Shown piece after piece: positions 35,594-44,468 of a stretch of DNA of 64,000 nucleotides. Within the stretch, counting starts at the first letter, position 1. The number at the start of each line of letters is the position of its first letter. Origin of the DNA: Williopsis jadinii (taxonomy: Eukaryota). The stretch is taken from positions 2,046,001-2,110,000 of the forward strand of contig AP024665.1 in the NCBI GenBank assembly GCA_024346625.1. Direction: 5' to 3'. A program made the position numbers and the translations under genes. The notes beneath the pieces are model-generated. The model was given only the letters and a program-made list of their open reading frames with translations, was not told the DNA's origin and searched no databases.

Positions 35594-38008
35594 TTAACGA
35601 CGGCGTTGTCTCATCTGTGCTATTTTTCTTCCTTGAACAGCCCTTGGCGTTGGAGTAGAAGCACCAGGAGTTGAAGTAGCAAAAGCACCCTGATTTACAG
35701 TACCGAAAACAGAAGATGGGTCAGTATTGGCACCAGCGAAATTGAAGTTCACATTGCCCTGGGTATTGAATTGGGGAGCCTGTGCTTGGGCCTGGGGCAT
35801 GGAAGGTTGAGGTGTACCACCAAATGCTGGTGTTACAGATCCACTACCTCCAAATGCTGATCCTGGTGCACTTGAATTGGCAGTGGCACCACCGAATTGG
35901 AAAGCTGAATTGTTGTTGTTTGACTGACCGAACACACTGGCAGGATTTTGCGGTTGTGATCCACCAAAGTTGAAAGCAGAAGCAGTATTAGAAGTTGAAC
36001 TTGCACCAGCAAAGTTGAATGCACTGGTGCCGGTGGATGTTGTAGCTCCAAATATGGCAGCAGGCTTTTTAGTCTGAGGTTGAGATGTGTCCTCATTGGT
36101 AGTATTTCCTGCACTGGAGCCACCGAAGTTGAACGCACTAGCAGCGTTACCAAACAATGAAGTTGGTCCTGTATTCTTGCCATCAGTAGCACTCTCAATG
36201 GAGAAAGGCGATTGCTTTCTCTTACTATCATCTTGAGGAGCTCCAAAGGCAAATGGGGTTGGTTCTTTGCTTGTGTTGGAGCCTCCAGAAAATGGAGATG
36301 GTTCCCTCTTGTCACTAGTGGTTGAAGCAAAGTTAAATGCAGATTTTGACTCTTGTGGTTTGGAACCAAAGGCAAAGGTTGGCGTTGATTCTTTCTTATC
36401 GTCTGGTTTGGAGCCAAAGGCGAAAGATGGTGCTGATTCTTTCTTATCATCTTGCTTGGAACCAAATGTAAAAGCTGGTGTTGGTTCTTTCTTGTCATCT
36501 GGTTTAGAGCCAAAGGCGAAAGTTGGCGTTGGCTCTTTCTTATCATCTTGCTTGGAACCAAATGTAAAAGCTGGTGTTGGTTCTTTCTTGTCATCTGGTT
36601 TGGAACCAAAGGCGAAAGTTGGCGTTGGCTCTTTCTTATCATCTTGCTTGGAACCAAATGTAAAAGCTGGTGTTGGTTCTTTCTTGTCATCTGGTTTGGA
36701 ACCAAAGGCGAAAGTTGGCGTTGGCTCTTTCTTATCATCTTGCTTGGAACCAAATGTAAAAGCTGGTGTTGGTTCTTTCTTGTCATCTGGTTTAGAGCCA
36801 AAGGCGAAAGTTGGCGTTGGCTCTTTCTTATCATCTGGTTTGGAACCAAAGGCGAAAGTTGGTGGGGAAGTCTTCTTCTCCTCCGGATTGATGCCAAAGG
36901 TGGATGAAGTTGTTGGTGGAATTTTGTCCTCTGTTTTCGTACCAAAGTTGAAAAGTGTAGTACCTTTCTTCTCTTCAGCTTTGCTTGTTAATGAGAAAGT
37001 AGATGCTTCTTTCTGGCCATCTGGCTTAACACTGCCAAACAACGTTGCATCCTTCTTCTCTTCAGGTTTAGAAACACCGGACGAGAAACCTGCTGCTGCC
37101 TCACTTTTCTTCTCAGTACTTGTCGTTCCAGATGGAACAGCAGAGGAAGCCAGGGTTTTAGCTCCAAAGTTGAATGACGGGGTCTCTGCTGATTTTGAGC
37201 CACCAAAGTTGAAAGATGGAACGCTGGATTCCTTCTCCTTGCTAAACAACGATGGCTGTTCAGGCTTAGAAGCTGAATCTTTAGAAACACCAAAATTGAA
37301 AGAAGGCTTTGATGTTTCATTAGTGGAGACTGGTTTTGAAGACGATGCGGTTTCCGTCTTATTGTCCAAAGCCTTGAAAGACAACGTAGGCTCTTTAACT
37401 GCTTCTTCCTTTCCAAGTAGCGACGGCTTCTTTGCTTCACTTCCAAAGTTAATGGACTTCACTACCTGAGCAGATCCTCCGTCCTCATGTTGTCTGACTT
37501 CCTCAATCTTCTGATCAACTTTATCCAAAAAGTTGAACCCAGCACTCGGCCCTGACGCTATCTTATCAACCTGGAGAACCTTATCAGCCTGTAGCAGTAT
37601 AGGGGCGGTCTTCTTGTCTTCTATGAACTTCACCTTCGGCTCATGGATCTCTTGTGGCTCGTACGTAAGCAGACCAGAGTACACACCAGCAAGCTTTCTC
37701 TCAGCGTCTTTCACAGCAACAGCCTTATCAATCGTCAGGGCGTGCGATTTCAGCTCAGGAACGAAGTCAGTCTGCACACAGACATCCTTCATATCGGAGG
37801 AGCTGGCAGTAGAGCCCTGCTTCCTCTTAACCATCGTGCTGGATCTTCTAGCAGAGTACAACTGGGATCGTCTCCATCTCTGCCTCTTCTTGAACAGATC
37901 GAGCCTCTGTAATGGGTTGATCGGTATTACCGGCGGCCTGAGCTCACACGATTCCTTCAGCCTCTTACTATGGAGCTCCTCAACGTCCAACGGTCTCTTT
38001 AGCGACAT
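35594..38008 (-). CDS. NUP1: Nuclear-basket FxFG nucleoporin, Nup1-like
   Basis: FxFG repeats with charged spacers, then polar FG repeats; C-terminal RKIAQMRQRRR resembles the Nup1/Nup153 karyopherin-binding tail. Confidence 0.8.
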   Translation of the reverse strand: MSLKRPLDVEELHSKRLKESCELRPPVIPINPLQRLDLFKKRQRWRRSQLYSARRSSTMVKRKQGSTASSSDMKDVCVQTDFVPELKSHALTIDKAVAVKDAERKLAGVYSGLLTYEPQEIHEPKVKFIEDKKTAPILLQADKVLQVDKIASGPSAGFNFLDKVDQKIEEVRQHEDGGSAQVVKSINFGSEAKKPSLLGKEEAVKEPTLSFKALDNKTETASSSKPVSTNETSKPSFNFGVSKDSASKPEQPSLFSKEKESSVPSFNFGGSKSAETPSFNFGAKTLASSAVPSGTTSTEKKSEAAAGFSSGVSKPEEKKDATLFGSVKPDGQKEASTFSLTSKAEEKKGTTLFNFGTKTEDKIPPTTSSTFGINPEEKKTSPPTFAFGSKPDDKKEPTPTFAFGSKPDDKKEPTPAFTFGSKQDDKKEPTPTFAFGSKPDDKKEPTPAFTFGSKQDDKKEPTPTFAFGSKPDDKKEPTPAFTFGSKQDDKKEPTPTFAFGSKPDDKKEPTPAFTFGSKQDDKKESAPSFAFGSKPDDKKESTPTFAFGSKPQESKSAFNFASTTSDKREPSPFSGGSNTSKEPTPFAFGAPQDDSKRKQSPFSIESATDGKNTGPTSLFGNAASAFNFGGSSAGNTTNEDTSQPQTKKPAAIFGATTSTGTSAFNFAGASSTSNTASAFNFGGSQPQNPASVFGQSNNNNSAFQFGGATANSSAPGSAFGGSGSVTPAFGGTPQPSMPQAQAQAPQFNTQGNVNFNFAGANTDPSSVFGTVNQGAFATSTPGASTPTPRAVQGRKIAQMRQRRR
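36355..36865. repeat. Coding minisatellite: about ten 48-bp units with 96-bp A/B alternation
   Basis: KPDDKKEPTPAFTFGS and KQDDKKEPTPTFAFGS alternate, with near-identical DNA. Confidence 0.95.
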
Positions 38009-38118
38009 GTAGTGGTCTATGAGACGGGTCTGGGCTGTGTTGTTTTTTGTTTGGTTGTTTGTTTTGAAGCCATTTTTGTTGATTTTTTCGTTTGTTTTGA
38101 TTTCGTTGATGCAGACAG

Positions 38119-38140
38119 GTCACGTGATCCCGCACGTGAT
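38119..38140. promoter_or_regulatory. Tandem CACGTG (Cbf1-like) sites upstream of NUP1
   Basis: GTCACGTGAT at 38119-38128 and CACGTGAT at 38133-38140. Confidence 0.55.
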
Positions 38141-38235
38141 CGCGATTCAACTGTGCCGGACTACCGAGGGCAGCTCACCATGGAAGGATTCTATTCTCTC
38201 TGGTTTAGCTGGTTTATACATAGGATATAAAGGGA

Positions 38236-40170
38236 TTATTTGATCAGTAAGGACTCTAGGAACTCGTGGTCGAGCAGCGTGGCAGCACCGGGTCTCTCCT
38301 TGTAATCAATGGTGAAAGTGCGCTCGAGGAAGTCCCGTGCTTGGTCAGAACACCACTTTGGAATCTCTGGCACGGTATGGGTTCCGATCTTGAATATTGC
38401 TTGCATCTGGGAGAAGTTTGGGAATGGGTGCTTTCCCGTGAACATCTCGATGAGAAGGCATCCCATGGACCAGATGTCGCACTTCGGTGTGGTGGCGATC
38501 TGTTTCACCACTTCCGGAGCCATCCAGTACACGGAGCCTTGCAGAGATGCCCTCTTCTCTTGATTTGACGGCGATAGCTTCTTGGATATGCCGAAATCAG
38601 AGATCTTGACCTCACCCTTGATGTCGATGAGGATGTTGGCGCCTTTGATGTCTCTGTGGATGATGCTCTTGGAGTGTAAGTAGTTCAGTCCGATGAGGAT
38701 CTGTCTAGTGAAATTTCTCACCAACGGCTCTTCAAAGGGCCCGTAGTTCGTGAGCATGGAGTTGATGGAGCCTCCTGGAACATATTCCAGGAAGATGTTC
38801 AGGTTGTTGTTATCGGTGCTCGATCCTAGATACGTCACAATGTTATCGTGGTGTAATTCTGACAACAGCTTCATCTCCATTTGGAAAGACTCAACTATTT
38901 TGCCATGTATCTGTGGATCCTTATCTTTCCCCACCAGTGGGTTGAGCTCAACCTGCTTAACAGCCATCAACTCACCCGTTAAAGAGTTCATACCGAGATA
39001 AACGGTTCCAAATGAGCCTGAACCAATACGTGATCCCTTGAGCCATTTGAAAGGAGAGCCATTCTGGGCCGGGGCCATGGATGCACTGATTTCCCCTTCA
39101 GTTTCGTCTTCCTCATCGTCTTCCGAGTCGGTATCGAGGAGCTGGATAGTTGATGTTCGATCAGACTCCAGCGTACTTATAGAGAACCTCTGCTTTTGCT
39201 GCTCCATGCTTGAGGCCAAGTTAAGAGAGTCCGCAACGGAGAACCTGGCCATTTCTTTCTTCGTCGTGTTATCGATGATAAAGTCGCCAATTGTCGAAGA
39301 ACGGTTATTTGGCACACGCATCGAGTACCTCACAGAGTTTCGGATGGTCTTCTCCAACTGCTTGGACTCCGGGAAGTACTGCGATATATTCGTAGAGATG
39401 AGTTGCGACGACGGCCTCTGTCCAAAGATGGATCTGAACTTGTCATGTTGTACTGTTCTCTGCTTCGGTTCTTGCGCAATGAACTGCTGAGCCACCGCTA
39501 TGGCCTCTGGGCTCGGAGCTTCAGTCTTAGCGCAGAACAGGATCCTCTGCTTCTCTATGCGATCAACAGAATGGCAGATTGTGACGAGCTCAACGTCGAA
39601 CAGCGAGCGAACGTCACCTTTGGCATCGGACAGATACGTTTCGTAGGACTCCGGCTGTGCCTGGATTCCCAAATGCTTGATCAACCTTCTCTTTATGGAC
39701 GCTGCGTTGAAGCAACCGCTCACGTTCATCCTCACGGTACATCCGTTCTGGAGGATGAAGCACACCAGAGACTTGCCTTTCAGAGGAGGCTCGGCCAGTT
39801 TGAACTTGTTCTGCACCTTCAGTTCGAACTTCAGCGTGTTCAGTTTGGCAATGGCGGTTTGAATCCTGATGCGATCACCGATTTTGGATATGCCGATGTC
39901 CCTCAGCACATCGCCATCGCAGTACTTCAACCGCTCATAGTCGATGCCGTGTTCTATGGGCCTGTGTTAGCAGCTGGAGATCGAAGAAAGACTCCCTCAC
40001 TCATACAACAAAGGGGGAGGACGGAGTGTACTCACGGTTAAACTGCGCGGCGTACTCTTCAAGGTGAAGGTCCTTTAGCCAGGTGCTGAGTCTGTTTAGC
40101 ACGTTAGTAATCTGGCGAATACAACGGGATCTGAGGCATGGACAAGGACGTACTGTTCGGACACTTCCAT
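38236..40170 (-). CDS. STE11: MAPKKK Ste11; spliced join(40170..40154,40091..40036,39953..38236), 596 aa
   Basis: Introns GTACGT..TACTAAC..CAG (40153-40092) and GTGAGT..TGCTAAC..TAG (40035-39954) rebuild the SAM domain MEVSEQLSTWLKDLHLEEYAAQF. RA-like region; kinase motifs IGSGSFG, HRDIKGAN and RASLQGSVYWMAPEVVKQ. Confidence 0.95.
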
Positions 40171-40316
40171 ACGGTGCGACTGGGCTGTGTTGTTGGCAGG
40201 TGTTGCCTTCGCAAGATGCGAGGCGAAGGGTATAAAATCTAACCGCTTCCAATTTTGACGGCTCCAGCTTAGCCCCCAGGCACGTCCCCCACTACACCGC
40301 ACACAACACACACAAC

Positions 40317-40541
40317 ATGAGCTCAAACCAAGCAGAAGAAGCCAGCCAGCAGCCCAGCCAGGCAGCACAGGCTCCCCTCGAGCAGGCTCACCACGAAGGC
40401 GGGCTGAAGTTCCCACTGCTGGGGAACACGCCCAAGCTGCCCCACGCAAGGGACCCGTCTAAACACATCAACCCACAAGACTTCATCAAGCAGAGCACTG
40501 GCGGGCTCCAGCACACTGGAGGCCACAGACCAGGGAGATGA
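40317..40541 (+). CDS. 74-aa small protein, positional equivalent of S. cerevisiae YLR361C-A
   Basis: TATAAAA at 40231-40237, CA-rich leader, AAC-ATG context; lies between STE11 and DCR2 in the orientation of YLR361C-A. Confidence 0.6.
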   Translation: MSSNQAEEASQQPSQAAQAPLEQAHHEGGLKFPLLGNTPKLPHARDPSKHINPQDFIKQSTGGLQHTGGHRPGR

Positions 40542-40807
40542 GTCCTCTGGACGGGGAGATGAGTCCGCTGGCCGAGGAGGCCCTGTGTGTGAGTGTGATG
40601 TGGCCGTGTCGGCCTACGCTCCACGCGCTGTGCTCCATACGCTGTGCTCCATAAGGGAGACGTATCAATGCCATGGCGTTAGCTGCCTGTTCCCTGTGTA
40701 TGTTTTTCTGTAGGCGGGCCCGCGGGCCCAGCGTAGTTTCTCGCTCCCCCTTCAGCAGACAGCAGACAGCAGACGGGCGACAGTAGACGGGCGACAGTAG
40801 ACAGACA

Positions 40808-42157
40808 ATGCTGGTGACGAGAGGGCTCAGGAGGGCTCTGCTGTACTTGGTGGCTGCTCTGGCGCTCCTATGGTGTCTCTCCAGGATTGGAGGGACGTCG
40901 AGCCACGACGCAGTTAGAAGGTGCTCTGTGCTATGTGATGGGACACGGTTGGACTACACCGGCAATAGGCCTTCTTCGTGGGTCAGAGGAGACTACCTGA
41001 CGCTCAAGACAGTGGGGCAGGTTAAGATCGTGGACGGCGAGATCGTGTACACCCCTGGAGCGGTGCCGGTGGATGTGGTGTTCAACAGCGCTGTTGATCC
41101 TCGTGATGAGTGGACTGTACTGCCTACACCGCTGCGCACGTCAGGGACGGTTCCGGTGTTTCTGACGGTCAAGTCAGGTGAGCGTGTCCACAGGGACACG
41201 AGGCCTGACATCAGGATGGAGGACGGTAAGCTGAAGATCCTGCAGCTGGCAGATTTGCACCTGAGCTCGTTTGATGGCGTTTGCCGTGATCAGTACCCCC
41301 AGATCTCTGATGAGTGTAAAGCCGATGAGAGAACGATGGTGTTTGTCAATAAGCTATTGGACATCGAGAAGCCTGACCTGGTGATCTTCACGGGCGACCA
41401 GGTGTTTGGAGAGGACTCGTTCCATGTGCAGAGCACGGTTTTGAAGCTGGTTGCGCCTCTAATCGATAGGAACATCCCTTACGCTGCGATGTTTGGGAAC
41501 CATGACGATGAAGGCTCAATGACAAGAGAGGAGCTCTGTGCTTTCTTTGAGACTCTTCCGATGTCGCTTGTGGAGAGAGGTCCCTCAGACATCGACGGCG
41601 TGGGGAACTACGTCTTGTCAATTCCAAGAGATGACCCTAAACTCACGATATACATCATGGATTCTCACAAGTACTCACCGAAACCAAGACAGCTACCAGG
41701 GTACGACTGGATCAAGGAGAATCAACTTGAGTGGATCAAGCAGAGACACCAAGAACTCGGCAACACCGACCTTTCAATGGCATTCTTCCACATCCCATTG
41801 CCCGAGTATACAAACCTGGCTCAAGGTTACGTTGGAAACTTCAAAGAGGGAATCACAGCACCAAAGTACAACTCTGGTGCAAGAGATGTATTACAATCCC
41901 TGGGAGTATCGGTTGTAAGTGTCGGACATGACCACTGTAATGATTATTGTTTGAAGGATGTTAAGGAGGACCAGGGCATTTGGCTATGCTACGGAGGTGG
42001 AGGTGGTGAAGGTGGATATGGTGGATACGGTGGTACCACGAGACGTGCGAGAGTCTATGAGATCGATGGCAAGACTATAACCACCTGGAAAAGACTAGAG
42101 ACTACACTGGAGCTGTTTGACAAACAAGTCCTAGTACGAGAGGGCACCCCGGTATGA
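40808..42157 (+). CDS. DCR2: Calcineurin-like metallophosphoesterase, Dcr2/Sia1-like
   Basis: KILQLADLH, TGDQV, FGNHD, FFHIP, GHDHCND and CYGGGGGEGGYGGYGG motifs; N-terminal anchor; syntenic with STE11 and VPS38. Confidence 0.88.
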   Translation: MLVTRGLRRALLYLVAALALLWCLSRIGGTSSHDAVRRCSVLCDGTRLDYTGNRPSSWVRGDYLTLKTVGQVKIVDGEIVYTPGAVPVDVVFNSAVDPRDEWTVLPTPLRTSGTVPVFLTVKSGERVHRDTRPDIRMEDGKLKILQLADLHLSSFDGVCRDQYPQISDECKADERTMVFVNKLLDIEKPDLVIFTGDQVFGEDSFHVQSTVLKLVAPLIDRNIPYAAMFGNHDDEGSMTREELCAFFETLPMSLVERGPSDIDGVGNYVLSIPRDDPKLTIYIMDSHKYSPKPRQLPGYDWIKENQLEWIKQRHQELGNTDLSMAFFHIPLPEYTNLAQGYVGNFKEGITAPKYNSGARDVLQSLGVSVVSVGHDHCNDYCLKDVKEDQGIWLCYGGGGGEGGYGGYGGTTRRARVYEIDGKTITTWKRLETTLELFDKQVLVREGTPV

Positions 42158-42174
42158 AAGACCACCAGGATTAA

Positions 42175-43542
42175 TTAATACTGTAAATAATTCTCCTCCA
42201 TGATATCCTTCATATTTGCCACAAGTAGTAATACACCATATTGGAACTGTGGGTAATGCTGTGTAAAGAACAATGGGAATACCCTTCTTTGTCGTATCTG
42301 TGAAACGTTATCGGTAATGATGGAGTAACTTCCAAAGAACTGTATCTTGTACCGTAGTGGCACGGCAAGGTAATGGGAAAGTAACAACGTCATGTGCGCC
42401 AAATAGCCTAACGCTGCATTGATCTCATTATGGATTGGAGATTCAATATGGTGAAGGGAAACTGAACGTGGCAAAAGGTCAAATTCTGGTATCTCTAACC
42501 AATGTGCAATATCCTCCAGTGGGAAAATGGATTTCACCTCCTTGATGACCTTAGTCCTCTCCACAGTAAACTCGTTCAGTGTAGTTTCATGTTGAATCAG
42601 TAGATTTGAAAAGTCACCACGTTCTTGGTCCAGTTGTTCGAGTTGTAATTGGCGTGATGTTCTCAATCCTTGTATCTTCTTCAGCTTTATTTCTCTAAGG
42701 GACCTCAAATTTTGTAGTCTCTCTCGTTTGCTCTCTAGTTCTTGTTTTGCAGAGCTTATCATATCTCTGAGTTTGAGCTCCCTATAGCTTGCGACTCCCT
42801 TCTCAACGCCATCCTCTGAGATCCTTTTGGCAAGCTTCGCCTTTGAGACCTTCAGATCTTCCAGGCTCAACTGTATGCTATTTAGCTTCATAAGCATATC
42901 GTAGTTAAGACTTGCGACCTTTCTCACTGGAGTTGAGCGTTTCAGCACATGAGAATACCACAGAAGGTCTATGTCATTTGTAGGCACAATGTACTTCCCG
43001 TCAACGAGGTTCATCATGACACAGTTATCACCGATAGGCTCGTCACAGAACAGCAGCGCTCTCAGACTGAAATCCAACTGCATCAGTAGAGTCCAGCTAT
43101 CGTCATCTTCATCAGCTTCATTGGTTACCCAGATCTTAACAATGATATTGTGCTCATCAGAGCCTGCTATTCCGTAGAGATCAAACTCCTGGAACTCAAC
43201 ATCGATACAACCGTGGTGTACTTCACTCACATGGAATGGTACGCCCGATGAATAGTGCAACGAGCAGAAAGCGCTAAAGAAGCTGCGATGGTTTAGTGCC
43301 TGGAGTTGCTTCTCGTCGAGGTCACCACTAAGCGGCCTCTGCGAGCCACCAACCGCCGATGTGATGTTGTATACCGAGAGTCCTCTAATGTGCCTTATTT
43401 TACGCTAGATAAGATCAAAAGAGACTCTTTGTTAGTAGCCGAGATTACACACAGGCAGAGCTTCAGAACACAGCCACACATTCATAGCACTCACTCTCTT
43501 CGGATGAAGAACACATCCATCTGTATTAATCTGGATCGTCAT
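42175..43542 (-). CDS. VPS38: PI3K complex II subunit Vps38/UVRAG-like; spliced join(43542..43495,43404..42175)
   Basis: Intron GTGAGT 43494, TACTAAC 43437-43431, TAG 43405 joins MTIQ..HPKR to RKIRHIRGLSVYNI. Coiled coil; INAALGYLAH..LRY..FPLF BARA2-like region; synteny. Confidence 0.8.
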
Positions 43543-44468
43543 GTACCAAAATGTGTACTGGCTTGGTTGTATATATATGGGCTCAGCCATTGGAGTGCTG
43601 AATAGGCGGGTTAACACAGTGTGCAACAGAGGTGTCTGGGTGTTTTACACCCCCCGCTCCCTACGAAATTTTTTTCGCACTTTTGCGCAACGCCAGTGAA
43701 GGCACTCTCCCAAAGCGGAAATCGACGTTTACGGCGAAAAAAACACAGGCAGACGGCCAGACAGGCGTACGGACTCAGCTGGGGGGGGGGTTAGAAGGGT
43801 GCTCAGCGTGTCTTAATGGCGTGGCTCAATTGATGGTAAAAGATACACATTTGTATAGTGTGCTTCTAGACGTCCAATTGATCATTTACTTAGAACGGTG
43901 ACCCAGTCTTAGGGTTATATACCCAATAGGTTGGACTGAACTGGGTTGAACACAAGCCGGCCTTCTCAATCACCCTAGCTACCGTAACTAAAAAACCACA
44001 ATCGTCCGAAACCAGCGGAGAGCTAAACCAGAAAACACCCAGACACCACCAACCGCTCCCTGGCGTTCTGGGCGAGCCGCCCACAACGTCAGCGGGAAAA
44101 AGGGCCTGCGAGCTTCTTTTCACATTTTCTCAGCGGTTAATGAAAAACCACAAAACAGAAAAAAAACACACACACAAAACATCAACAAACCACCAACAAA
44201 CCATCAACACAGGCCAATTTGAGAATCTTCATCACCAAGGGAAAGCAGTTGTTTTTATTCTTTTTTGGAGGTTGAAGCAGGTCATTTGAGTTAATTGCGC
44301 GCTGGAAGAATCTCCGTGACGGCTTTTGAAAGTAAAGAGACAGCGTAGACACTGAGCTGGCGTGGGCAAGACGACAAGCGAACGGGCCAGAGTGGACAGA
44401 ACGCTTTGAAAGGAGCTCAAGAACGAGAAGATAACAGCGGCTGGTGTGTGGACGAAAGCGGACGAACA

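Noticed and set aside
36355..36865. CRISPR-like periodicity
   Set aside because: No unique spacers, in-frame coding repeat, eukaryotic context.
35833..37469. 370-aa, 400-aa and 151-aa alternative-frame ORFs in NUP1
   Set aside because: Produced by the stop-poor 48-bp tandem repeat.
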